From the NCBI RefSeq assembly GCF_006345805.1, contig NC_043003.1, positions 84,072,001 through 84,136,000 of the forward strand: DNA of 64,000 nt. The letters are read 5' to 3'. Position 1 is the stretch's first letter. Every line of letters begins with the position of its first letter. This DNA is from Octopus sinensis. Lineage: Eukaryota. Positions 12,746 to 25,675 of the stretch are shown here, piece by piece. A program made the translations under genes and the position numbers. The notes beneath the pieces were generated by a model. The model was not told where the DNA came from. It worked only from the letters and a program-made list of their open reading frames with translations, and made no database searches.

Positions 12746-13354
12746 TCACAGTTTCCCTCTATCTCGGTATCTCGCTTCCACTTTATCTCATACACATCCT
12801 TACAAAATACTTCTCACTCCTGTCTAACCGTATCACTTCTATCACACATAATCACCCCCCTCTCTTCATATCTTTCATTCCATTGCCCCCTCCGCTACTT
12901 CTATGGTGTTTGTAATAGAGAGCGCGTTAAAAGTTATTTGTATACATCTGCATATATCTCTCCTTTTGTCTGTGTGTCTTTTTTTCACTCTCTCTTTCTC
13001 TTCCTGTACCTATCTATATATATATAGTTTCGTAGCAGATGTCAGTTCATAGCAGACGACGAGGTGCTTGCGTATGTGTTTACATATAAATGAGTGTGTG
13101 TGTGTGTGTGTGTGTGTGTACATACTTTCTGTATATTTATTTGTTTGTAGATTAACAAAGATACCAATGGTTTCATGCGGTTAAAAATTCACAGTTTTTC
13201 AAGTGCTCCACTTTAAAACGTTTGTAGTCACGTCCATTTTGGATGCGACTACTATATATATATATATATATATATACACGTATGTATGTGTGTGTATGTG
13301 CGTGCGTGAGATGTGACAGATGAAGAGATATTGACACTAAAACAGAGATATTCT

Positions 13355-13497
13355 TTTCTACTCTAAGCACAAGGCCCGGAATTTTTGGGGAGGGGGGGTC
13401 AGTCGATTAGATCTACCCCAGTACGCAACTGGTACTTAATTTATCGAACCCGAAAGGATGAAAGGCAAAGTCGACCTCAGCGGAATTCGAACACAGC
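13355..13497 (-). mobile_element. SINE A (tail A2), head missing
   Basis: gcacaaggcccggaattttt...gaaaggatgaaaggcaaagtcgacctcagcggaattcgaac. Confidence 0.85.
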
Positions 13498-13666
13498 ACT
13501 AAAAGTGAGATATTGAGAGTGAAACGGGAGAAAGTTGCTCATATGAATGTCGGTAGGAAGAAAGACTGATTATGAAACGTGAGTTGTCCAAACGTTTCCG
13601 AATTTGGAATTTTGGTTACACACACACACACATACATACATACATACATACATACATACATAATCT

Positions 13667-13914
13667 AATGCGCCCTTTTAAAGCCTAGCCAGGCTCATGG
13701 GCCCCGTTTCCCGGTTTCAATGGCGTATGTGTTCCCCAGCTGGACGGGACGCCAGTCCATCGCAGCGTTACTCATTTTTGCCAGCTGAGTGGACTGGATC
13801 AACGTGAAATGAAGTGTTTTGCTCAAGAACACAACGCGTCGCCCGGTCCAGGAATCGAAACCACAATCTTACGATCATGATGCTGACACACAAACCACTA
13901 AGCTACGCGCCTCC
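13667..13914 (-). mobile_element. SINE family B, full length, inserted in (ACAT)n
   Basis: Nearly identical to 22706-22971 and to the reverse complement of 37080-37330; core ttgtgttcttgagcaaaacacttcatttcacgttg. Confidence 0.9.
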
Positions 13915-14124
13915 AACATACATACATACATACATGCACATATATCTGGATTCAATTCAGTTACACACAACACACACACACAGCACGCATATACGTCCAT
14001 GTGTTTGCGTGCGCTATTGTTATTTGGCCTCAGCTGAGTTCAAATCGATCTGATTTATAACCGGAAATCTTGATCACGCCATCTTTTAATCAGACATAAT
14101 GTGTATCTTGTGTGTGAGAGTGCT

Positions 14125-14159
<35 letters not shown>

Positions 14160-14381
14160 CGCAAACACACACATACACGCATACACAAATATACAGACTG
14201 AAACTGAGAGTTCGTCTCGCGACACCTGTCTTACGCCGAAGATCGCAGGTGAGTGAAACCTGCGCCACGAGACGAAACTGTCAGTTCCAATTTCAATTTC
14301 AATAAAAATAAACAATGTCCTATTCAAAGTTTAATGAACACTCCACTCTCATCCATTCAACATAAATCAGTGCCTGTATAT

Positions 14382-14442
<61 letters not shown>

Positions 14443-14890
14443 ATGGATCTCTGTCAGTTTCAACGATGACTATTCAGTTGTTCGATCAAATGAATTTCTT
14501 ACAATTCGAATTAGCGCGTAAGTGGTCGAACGTTCTATAGACAGGTGTACCCTTTCGTATTTCTCCGACACAATCAGCGTGATGCAGTGTGTACATATAT
14601 AGTGAAGGCTCGTGACCTAGGCTGCTGCATTTGTGATCGCAAGATCAAGATTTTAATTCCCCGACCAGGAGGTGTGTTGTGCTCTTGAGTAAACATTTCA
14701 GGTTCTTCTGCGATCAGTTCAACATCTGACGTGTTGTACGCCATGCACCTGAATATGTAATGTCGATTTGATAGAGAGAATAAGCTTATTGTACAGCACA
14801 AACATTTGGTCACTATAAACAAATCTTCTGTAGAGGTTCTTCATCAAGAAATTGCAGAACTCCTCATCTGTCATTTTTGACGGGGGAGAT
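14443..14890. mobile_element. Degraded SINE F tail (minus, 14443-14590) and another decayed tRNA-headed SINE (plus, about 14605-14890)
   Basis: The first part resembles the reverse complement of 60450-60620; the second has a tRNA-like head and gttgtgctcttgagtaaac core. Confidence 0.5.
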
Positions 14891-16862
14891 CATCATCAAC
14901 TACGCACACACACATACTAAATAGTAGATTCTTACGACCATAGGGTCTGTGTGGGTAAGATAAAAATGTTGTGTGTTTTTACGAAAACCATATTCACCTT
15001 TGCGGTGAAAAAGTATGTACTGGTGTTAAATCACAGATTTTTTTCTCAATCTCTGTGGCCAGGAAACGAGACCCATCTTACTAGCTTTTGTTAAAGCTTC
15101 GTTGGAAATCAATCACTCAGCCCTGGTAATCCAGAAACTAGTAGTTTATAGCTGTTTATAGTACATTCTTTCTATGTGAATGAACTGGCGTTCCTTAACG
15201 GACCCATAAAAACTTGTGCTATTCCATACATCTACGACATTATGGGTATTTATTATGTAATGTATTATGTAATGAACGTGGTTACAACATAAGCCATTGT
15301 TCACCCGAAACAGCAGTCAAGAAAAGACTATTACATAAGTCCTTTCATTTTTGTATTCTTATTCCGTACTCTGTAATTTGTATTCATTGTGAATATACTT
15401 ACGCTTATTTGTGTTTATTTGCCATTCACACACACACACACACACACAGAGAGAGGCACACACATTTCGGTAATACTATATTGGTTTCATTTGCATAATC
15501 GTGCAAGCATTGGTGAAATGAACGAACTAATACATAGAAGTACTACAGTGATGGGATAAGCAGAAATGTAAGGCAAACAAACGAGCGTGTTATGTTTAAC
15601 AACTGTGTATCTTTGAAAGTTGGCAAAAATCTTGTAGCAAGTTGAAGACTGAAGATCAAAGCAGTATGTAGGAATAAATTATATTTTTACCATGTATGCA
15701 TATCTGCAGTATTATATCAACATTACATTCGGACGTGTGACATCCAATTGTCTACTCATCTGAATAAATAATCATATTAGCCCATGCGTGTTAACAAATA
15801 CAAAATACTATAGAAACAGAATGTGTGTGCGTTAGGATTTTACCCACACTCACACAATAAGACGCGCACACACACACAGAACATACATCTTTTCAGGCTT
15901 GTTTACGAAACCTGCAGCTGCAATCAATAGCTTTTCATTGAAAATTAATTTTATTTATTATTTATCCGAAGTGAATGAATGTGAAAGGAAGATGAGAGAA
16001 AATTTATCAATTTCTCTGCTCACATTTTCTTTCTTTCTTTATGTTTTGCGCTCATAAAACACAATGCATAAAGCAGATGATCAAAAAAGGAATTGTTGAA
16101 AGAACTCAAAGAAATCGATACGAAAGAACGATTTAGTATTACTCTGGAGATATTACTGAGCAAATTCTTAACCACTTCAAACAGAGCCAGCAAAATATAT
16201 TGGATATCATGCAGTTAATATAAACTATCTTGCAGAAGCGAGAGCTTTCAGTAAGCAAGGAGTCAACCTAAGGTTTCGATTCATAGTTGTTTTATTATTT
16301 TATCTCACTTATGTACTTTGTGTTACATCTCTGACTCATATATATATATACAAGCAAACAAGATATCGTACATTCATTATACGATATGACAACATCATAG
16401 TTTATTATATTCATTCAGTTTTTCCTCACGTTGTTTTTGCCTTATTTAACTAATTTAGACCAAATAAGGAGATGCTTGGTAAATTATCTATAGCAAAATC
16501 ATGAGTTGAAATACGAATCAAGACGTTGATGAGAAAATTATATAAAGCTTTTTTTTTTCTTTTTAATTCTTATATCACTATGTCTGTGAAAACGTCTAAC
16601 TATACAACCAAGACAGAAAGCTTTAGAAATAAGCCCAGATGTAACACTGAAACAGGTTAGTCTATATTGTAAGAGGTTGTAATAACATATTTCGAAATGT
16701 CTGTTCAAAAGGTTGTTAAAAAAAAGAGGCGATTATAAAGGAAAAGCATTGAGTTGGTGGGGAAGTGATTCTACATTTATCTTCCATGATAACCTAGGAT
16801 TGCTTTTTCGCTTAAGTGCCGGGAAATGGGGGGAAAATTGTAAGATGAAAACCGAAACATAC

Positions 16863-16967
16863 CGTTATAAGGAAATAGAAATTGATGAAAATAACTTGCA
16901 GGCAGACCAGAATAAATTCTTTAGAACACTTACCTGAAAAAAATAAAAGAGAAAAAAAATCGTTAGT
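16863..16967 (-). other. Putative recursive splice site (AG|GT) with cryptic 71-nt exon
   Basis: actaac (16967-16962)...ttttttttctcttttatttttttcag|gtaagt with the junction at 16934/16933; downstream donor AACG|gtatgt at 16863/16862. Confidence 0.6.
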
Positions 16968-17002
16968 TTTCTTTTTACTTCAAAAACACAAAATTTAATA
17001 AC

Positions 17003-17045
<43 letters not shown>

Positions 17046-17621
17046 GCAACAACAACAACGTTACGTTTACTGAGTTAAATTGAAAACTACAAAGATTACC
17101 ATTTTCCATATTCGTCTTTAGAAATGATATAATTTTCAATAGTCATCAATATTATATTTCGATTGATTTGATCTTTAATGCAGATGTGGTGTTTCGTACC
17201 TACATATGTACATAGTCCCAGGCTGGATTAGAACTACGAACCCTTGTTTCTAAAATAAGGGTAATGACATTCTTGTTCATTGGTATAGGGAACAGTAGTT
17301 TAAAGAAAAAGAGCATTATTACTATCGTTAGTTTTAAAACTCAAGTTCCTAGATCGAGTCCAGCCTTATATGTTTATGTTCAGGAATGAGATAACTGATG
17401 ATGATCAGAGATCAAACCAGCTGTTTTCTGTAACACTGTGGTAGACTACAGAGAATCTCTCTCACCCTCTCTTTTGTCTTTTCATTGGGTGGTGTTTCTC
17501 GGGGCTACACTGTGTTGCTTTGACTATAAATTAAGATTTCTTAGAAACTATATTACTGGCATAACTTTGTTGATACTATGATAGAAAACAAATACCTTTT
17601 CGCTTTTAGTAATTAAATATT

Positions 17622-17661
<40 letters not shown>

Positions 17662-18149
17662 CATATATGTTTTTCCTGGTCCCTTAAAAACTGCATTATA
17701 GTAAAGCTGTGATCAGTCGATCGTTTCATCGAAAGCGCAGCTAAACCGCTGTCTATTCAGTTTTATTTTCTAGGCTTTGATTGAACCAAGGCTATAGTAG
17801 AAGATGACATATGTAGGAAATATGCTCAGAAGGCAAGGAGAAAAACATACTTCTGAAATAATAATATTATTCCTCATCAGAGGCCATTATAAACCTTACA
17901 TGTGTGGAATATTTAGACTGTTCTTTCTCAGATAATAATTTGTCCTCATTGGATTATGGTCATTAATATGATCAAAAATCTCATCAGTGAAACAGTCTAA
18001 CAGTATTATCAAACTTTTAGAATGTCTATAGAGAAGTATATTGGATTTTAGTGAATGAATTTTGAGTGATGTTATAAACTTATAAGAAAACCGGGAGGGG
18101 TCGCTAGTAACAGTAATTTCTAACTTACATGTACAAGTGCATGGTCTGT

Positions 18150-18541
18150 TATATCGACACCAGTATATAACTGATACTTAGTTTATCGACAGTGGGAGGT
18201 TAAAGACAAAATCGACTCTGGCGGGATTTGAACTCAGAGGAAGAATCAACCCTTAGGTCAAAATGCCTTCAGTACTTATTCTATCGGTCTCTTTTGCCGA
18301 ACCGCTAAGTTACGGAGACGTAAACACACCACCATCGGTTGTCAAGCGATGTTGGGGGGACAAACACACACACACATATACACGACAGGATTCTTTCAGT
18401 TTCCGCCTACCAAATCCACTCACAAGGCTTTGGTCGGACCGAGACTATAGACACTTGCTCAAGGTGTCATGCAGTGGGAATGAACCCGGAAGCATGTGGT
18501 TGGTAAGCAAGCCACTTACCACACAGCCACTCCTACGCCTA
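18150..18541 (-). mobile_element. Degraded SINE A fragment (18150-18240) plus SINE family C (18268-18541)
   Basis: C head is the reverse complement of taggcgtaggagtggctgtgtggtaagt, with a CORE-like accttgagcaagtgtc motif and an internal (CA)n. Confidence 0.85.
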
Positions 18542-18944
18542 TGTATATATGTAAATATAGATAAAGACGGAATCTTCACTAGTGTTCCAATTGTACTCAA
18601 CCTATCCCGATCTCTGTATCTCAGGCATTAATCCTTTCAACGTTTTCCTTTTTTTTTTGTATTTTTTTTTTATTAATCTATAGTTTTACCGTTGTATTTG
18701 TTTCGTTAGCCGAAGATTAAATAGGTTTTTTCTCAGAATATAATTGCATTAATCGATTTTTTTGAATAAAAACTATGCACTAAATAGCACTGGCCTTACT
18801 ACTTAATTTATGTAGTAAATAATATAGGTATATCATTTATTAACCTTCTATTAATAGTTTCGATATAATATCATTCAATCCTACGTAGTTGCTCAACCTG
18901 CTTGTAATAACAGTCAAATAAATTTTTTCTTAATAACATTATAC

Positions 18945-19159
18945 CTATTTCTTTACTACCCACAAGGGGCTACACCCAGAGGGGACAAACAAGGACAGAC
19001 AAACGGATTAAGTCGATTGCCTCGACCCCAGTGCATAACTGGTACTTAATTCATCGACCTCAAAAGGATGAAAGGCAAAGTCGACCTCGGCGGAATTTGA
19101 ACTCAGAACGTAGCCGTATTTCGTCCGTGTGCTAACGATTCTGCCAGCTCGCCGTCTTC
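18945..19159 (-). mobile_element. SINE A (tail A1) with short internal deletion
   Basis: 14-bp TSD taataacattatac at 18931-18944 and 19160-19173. Confidence 0.9.
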
Positions 19160-19488
19160 TAATAACATTATACTGCCTTGAAAAACAGGATACATTTGAT
19201 GATATAGCCCAGGGTAGCGTTTCTGTGACGGATGCCAGTTCCATATGCCCTCCTCTCAAAAAGTATTTGTAAAATTTAAGCCCCTCATCCACCTTCATTT
19301 TATCAGTGAGAAGAGAAAATGGAGTTTTACATCCATATAATTCTTCGTTCGTTCGTTCGCCATAGTGCTGGACATGTTTAAACAGTTTAGAGCCATTTTA
19401 ATTTTGTTGAAAACCATTATTTGTCTGCTCATTTTTCAATCCTTGAACGAGCTCTTCACATATGAGAACCTCTGGCTAAAATGTATGA

Positions 19489-19522
<34 letters not shown>

Positions 19523-20158
19523 GAGAGTTACTAGTGAGAGATTATCAATCCGGGCAAATACTTTCTAAGCTCTCTGTTAGTACACCAGGTTAACAATATT
19601 GTTTAGATTAATAAAGAACTCCGTGTATTCTTGTGGCAGGGTCTGAGGTCATAGTTCATCACCATTCTGTATTGTAAAGCCATTGTTGTGTTCCATTTAT
19701 GTGGTTTTTACACAGAGTGATATATAAGACAATACATAAATAATGTTCGTTACATATTTTTCTTCGTTCTAAAATAAAGAAAAAATATCTAATGACAGTT
19801 ATCTATGCCTTAAGTGTGTGTGTGTGTGTGTGTGTGTCCATCCATCCAATCACCCTTACACACAGACATACACACACAACAAAAATATGACATCAGAACA
19901 AGAACTACGTAATTATATTCATTAGGTAAAAGTTGTCACGGCCAAGAGATCCAAACAACACTATTAAATGCCGTCACATACATACGTGCACACAAGTATG
20001 CATGCCTACATACATAAGTCACATACATAAAACATACAAATCTGCATATGCACTGACTCCAAATACATACATACATACATACATACATACATACATACAT
20101 ACATACATACATACATACATACATACATACATACACACATACATACATACATACATAC

Positions 20159-20250
20159 TTTGTCGATGTCGCTGAAATTCTTATGAAGGAGCCTTGGATC
20201 CAAGCTAGAAACCAGCTCTTTCTCTACTGACAAGAAATTTTGAAATAAAA
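20159..20250 (-). CDS. Candidate 92-nt internal exon of an unidentified gene (xLFQNFLSVEKELVSSLDPRLLHKNFSDIDK)
   Basis: gtccttattcag| ... AAA|gtatgt. Phase 1 in, phase 0 out, open frame, protein-like composition; no family recognised. Confidence 0.4.
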
Positions 20251-21463
20251 CTGAATAAGGACATACATGCACTAACATAGATATGTGCATAAATACATAC
20301 ACACAAGCACAAAACCAATACTTAGTGAGAGTTAGAGAGAAACAACAAATGTGAGTAAGAATAATCGAATACTGTTGTTGCTTTTCATTTTGTTGTCGTT
20401 TTAATCCAAGTAAATCATGATCGAGCATAACTATGGCATGAGGTTCTCCAACTGTGAGCGTCCTCTCTTTTTGTATATCCAAGACAATGTTGTCCAATGC
20501 CTTTCAATAAAGCTTGTAGGGTTGGATTTGAAGCGCTATTAGCTGCTATTTGTAGCATGTCGAGTGACCACTTAATTATTCCCTCGTTGACTTGCATTAG
20601 ATGGCTATAAAGTAGCTGACAGTCGAATCGGTAGTCTGTCGAACATCCAGTTTTACTGACCGGGATTCATGTTTCCTCTTCGGAACCGTTGCACTGGCGT
20701 TTACAGACACGACAGTTAACCCACATCAGTGGCACAGCCCACAGCCAGCAATTATATTTTCTGTTTTGCTTTTTTTTTTTTTTTTTGTATTATTAATAAG
20801 GGATGGAAAGAAAAGTAGCACCCAAGACCCTTTTTCTGAGTCTCCGAAACTGACAGAAAGAAGGGAAGAAATTATCTTCAGGCCAGTGAATTAATCCGAA
20901 TGTTGAAGCAAAGTGGAGCTTGCTAAAACCAGATTCCACTTTGTTGCTAACATTCGGGCCACTGCTAAAAGCACTGGAAAACCACTTGGTGGCATTAAAC
21001 GGGACGACGGGTTAACTGCAAATAAGTGTTGCAGCACAAGAATTTCTCTTGTTTGTAATGACGAGATCAAGTCTGCTACTTATGGTAGAATCATTAACAA
21101 CAAGTCTCAACTTGTAATTCCAAAACAGAAGAATGAAATGAAGGAACAAGAATTCCAACAAAAATAAAAGAAAATGTAAAAAAGATAAATTGACGAAAAA
21201 GAAAATAAAATAACAACACCCTTCCTTCATGCCTTCGCCCCTAATCACTATCTGCTAGACAACTTTGTTCTTAAGTTTTGTAGTTCAAAATTTTGTTCTA
21301 TATTCTAGTAGTCTTTCAAATTAATAGGGATGCTAAAGAGACTGTTTTCAGTAACAACAATAACAAAAAAAGTAAAGAAAAGAAAAAAGCACAACAATAG
21401 ATCAACAACACAAACTACTAAACAACAATAAAAAAAAGTAATTTTCGAAACTGCCTTACTTTA

Positions 21464-21497
<34 letters not shown>

Positions 21498-21654
21498 TGG
21501 TAAATCCGGTCTCTAAAAAAATGCTGATTGAGGGTGAAGGTGATGATGTGGGAGAACGGAAATGTCAATTTGCCTTTAAAGAATAGGGTGAGAAAATCAG
21601 CACCGCAGAATTTTGGTGATCAGGCGAACCAAACTGAAGAGATGGTTGCCTTCC

Positions 21655-21794
21655 CGACCATAACCACCACTACCACAACCACCACCAAAACCACTACCAC
21701 CACCGCCTTCACAGCTACTAACTCCATCTACACTGCCACCATCATCACACACAACTGCTAGTACGACCACAAGTGCTATCATCGTTGCAATTAC

Positions 21795-21832
<38 letters not shown>

Positions 21833-22340
21833 GTCTTACTATTGCCACAGTTGCTACTGCTACCATCATAAGACCTAACATCATCCCTGTTAATAGCAAC
21901 ATTAGCCGATGGACTAGCACCATGTTTGTTCCTTAACTGCCGACACCAGCACCATGGCCTACTCCACTACCATCATTTGAGACTGAACTCACACCGCACC
22001 ACAATTAGTCCAACCAATATGCTCCCACTACCGCTATTAATGACCCACTGCTAACATTATTCCCCGTTAACAACCTCCTGCACTATTAACAACCGACCTC
22101 ACAGCACCACCACCACCAATCTCCTGCGCCATCACTTCCGGCACATAAGCAATTCTTCGTTAATGCAGCCAGCACCAGCACCACCATCATCACCTTCGTC
22201 ACCATCATCATCACCACTACTACCACCACCACCATCACCACCACCACCAACCGCCATCACCACCTCCTCCTCTGTCGAAGCTATTAAGGACGACCCAACA
22301 ACCATCACCTTTTACCAGAACGTCTAGCACCATCACCATC
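21655..22340. repeat. Cryptic CAC/TAC/CAT trinucleotide field
   Basis: Directly visible. Confidence 0.85.
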
Positions 22341-22644
22341 GGATACCTCAAAACGCTTGAATCTCATTTACATATTCAGAGAAGAAACAGAAAAAATATG
22401 TTAAAATAACAACATAAAGTAAAAAAATACCATCCAACCCTCCAATTTTGGTTTAAACCAAAACTGTTTGGGGCGGATATGTCATGCTCTTTGTACTTGA
22501 GTATAATATGGCTTGTTCCAAGTTGCGGTGGTGGTGTTGGGGATGTGAAACTAAATTATAGAGGGTACGTTAGGATTGCGGTAGTAATGATTATGACAGT
22601 ACTGGGAATAACAATGATGCTGGTGGTTGTAGTGGTGATGATGA

Positions 22645-23130
22645 TAATCCTTTCTGTTATAGACACAGGCCTGAAATGTGGGAGCGGGCTGGATCGACTC
22701 CAGTAATAAATAATAAAAATAAATGCACCCTTTTAAAGCCTAGCCAGGCTCATGGGCCCGGTTTCCCGGTCTCAATGGCGTATGTGTAACCCAGCTGGAC
22801 GGGACGCCAGTCCATCGCAGCGTTACTCATTTTTGCCAGCTGAGTGAACTGGAGCAACATGAAATGAAGTGTTTTGCTCAAGAACACAACGCGTCGCCCG
22901 GTCGAGGAATCGAAACCACAATCTTACGATCACGATGCTGACACCCTAACCACTAAGCCACGCGCCTCCTCGATCGACTCCAGTACGACACTGATACTGA
23001 TTTCATCGATCTCGAAAGGATGAAACGCAAAGTTGATCTCGGTGGAATTTGAACTCAGGACATAAAGACGGATGAAATGCTGATAAGCATTTTCTCCGGC
23101 TTGCTAACGATTCTGCCTGTTCGCCGCCTT
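22645..23130 (-). mobile_element. SINE A (tail A2) interrupted by a full SINE B (22706-22971)
   Basis: 14-bp TSD gatcgactccagta at 22692-22705 and 22972-22985 brackets the B copy. Confidence 0.9.
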
Positions 23131-23144
23131 AGTGTTATTGATAA

Positions 23145-23360
23145 TAATCCTGTCTGCTATTGGCTCAAGGCATGAAATTTTGCGGGAGGGTCTAGCCGAT
23201 TATATCAACCCCAGTTGTTCGACTGGTACTTAATTTATCAAGCCGAAAGGATAAAAATTTAAGTCGACCTCGGTGACATTTGAACTCAGAGAGCGTAAAG
23301 ACGGACGAAATGCTGCTAAGCATTTTGTCCGGCGTGTTAATGATTTTTCTCACTGCCTTA
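23145..23360 (-). mobile_element. SINE A (tail A2)
   Basis: aagtcgacctcggtgacatttgaactcaga...tgctaagcattttgtccggcgtgttaatgat. Confidence 0.85.
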
Positions 23361-23390
23361 GTAATAGTGATAATAATTTTGTGAAAGTAA

Positions 23391-23524
23391 GGGTGACGAG
23401 CTGGTAGAACCGTTAAGTATGTCGGGCGAAATGCTTAGCGGCATTTCGTCCGTCTCAACGTTTTGAGTTTAAATGTCACCGAGGTTGACTTTGCCTTTCA
23501 ACCTCTCGGGGTCAATAAAACGAG

Positions 23525-23559
<35 letters not shown>

Positions 23560-23696
23560 GACGGGCTTCTTTCAGTTTCCATCAACCAAATCCACTGATA
23601 AGACTTTATCAGGTCGAGGCTATAGTAGAAGATACTTGCCCAAGGTGCTACGCAGTGGGACTGAACCCGGAACCACACAGCCACTCTTGCGCCTAC
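23391..23696. mobile_element. SINE A 5' half (plus, 23391-23518) joined via (CA)n to SINE C 5' half (minus, 23545-23696)
   Basis: gacgagctggtagaaccgttaag...; cttgcccaaggtgctacgcagtgggactgaacccgg. Confidence 0.8.
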
Positions 23697-25342
23697 ACTA
23701 TCACTCCTCTGGTGCCGAACAGACACCAAATCGTTATGAAATGTTATATTTTACTTAACCTCCTACCCGCCAAATTTTTTTAAAAAATGAACACGAAAAT
23801 ATTAGGTTAACAGATCTGGTTTATAAATTAAGTTAAATGTCTGGAAACACTTTACCCCTAGAAAATAAATTCGTCTTCAAAATTTAAGGACGGAAGGAAG
23901 GCTGTGTAACATGCATGCTCATCTAAAAGACATTAGTGGCTTTCAGTGTAACGAAATAGCGACACAACAGGAAGTGAATTGTAAAGCTGCTCATGGGACA
24001 TTATGCTCATAGTGTCTAAAATGGCGACAACACTTAAGAAACAGATTTTTGTCCTTGAAGAGTTCGCTCGAGCAAACAACAGCGCTGAATTGGTAGAATA
24101 TAATTTATGTCTAATTAAATAAAATAATCTAATTTCAAGCTCATATTAAAAAAATATGTATTGTTTTTGTTTTTACTTCTCGTTTTCTTTTTCTCTTCAG
24201 TTTGGTATATTTATAATAATACTATGAGAGAGATTGCAGAAATTTTTGAAACAATTTCTTCTTGTCAAGGCTAATGTAATTAAGCTATAAAAAGATTTCT
24301 TGTGTTTATTTTATGATATTCTGTCGGGAATACTGTATTTATATAGAAATACAAACATGTGACAAACACGAAACAAACAAACAGGCAAAAATACTCCAGT
24401 ATGGAGACAAATACCCACACGCGCCAGTGAAACACCATCCACGTGGGCGCGCGATCTTCTAAAAATAGCAGCTAAATTTCATTTAAATAACTCATTGTAA
24501 TCTTTAAAAATAAAACTAAGTTGTATAATGAAGTCCCCGCAGTGCCATCTTAAGGTATGGGTATACTGGACAAATAGCCCGGGGACTCGTGGGTCTAGGG
24601 ACCCAGTATTGATCTATGAATATTTCTGGTTTCCTATCAATAAATGAATACAACGGAGCTAAGGGAATTCTTTTGCCCATGGGCGTGTAATACTTTTACG
24701 ACGGCCCTGGGTCTCCGTTGCACTGTGCCATTGGAAAAAGATGAAATGGCCACGACGAGAAAGCTTTTATTTATAGATTTACTGAATCCGGGTAGCAATA
24801 AGAAGACTAACAAATACAGAGAAAGAGAGAGGGGAGCGGGTAATTCTTGATACACATGATTCAACATGCTAAGTAAAGTGCATAGAAGGTTAGGCAATGT
24901 AAGTGTACAAGATTCTAGGCTATATATGTGCGTAGAGGGTGACCAATAAAGATACTGGATGTACAGAATGCTAGATATCTAAGTGTTAGGGTCAAATGTA
25001 CTAGAAGAATTCTATTTAGAACAAATCAGTTCGATAGAACCCCCATACCACTCGAGGTCCTTTTTTGGTCTTTATATGGATGGGAGGAATATGAACTTAG
25101 CATTACAAACTAACGAAACTGTTGTTAATTATAAAATATATGCACCGCTTTAGAGCAATGATCTAGCTATACCGTCCTCATCGCACCTATTTACAGTGCG
25201 ATTTAACCGAGCCGCAGAACCAGCAGAGCACTGGGGGATGGGTAGTGACTTGAGAAATCTTCAGTCAACGATATTTCAGTATAGCAAGAATTTCGCAACC
25301 TTACATCCTCCTCCTCCTCCTCCTCACCATCTTTCTCTTCCC

Positions 25343-25381
<39 letters not shown>

Positions 25382-25675
25382 ATGAACCATGTCTACAGGC
25401 AATGGTGAACATAGGCTTCAATGCCAAAACCTGAAGAATCAAGGGTTTTCTAGGGAAAGATACAATAGAGATTATCCGTTGCTTCTATCCGTTTATTTAC
25501 AGCGTTTACTCAGTACACCGCACCCACAAGCTTACTCTTGAAGCACAGGACCGTTTTAAACCTTAGCTAGGAAACCTAGATGAAATGGCATCGGGACAAA
25601 TATGCTCACCAGTGGGCCTGTGAAACAGATCATGCCAAGGAATCAAACTTCTTTAGAATTTTGTATACCTTAGAT

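Noticed and set aside
24021-24120. MATTLKKQIFVLEEFARANNSAELV, reminiscent of a mariner HTH N-terminus
   Set aside because: Too short, with no TIR pair or downstream DDD domain; kept only as part of the plus-strand signal finding.
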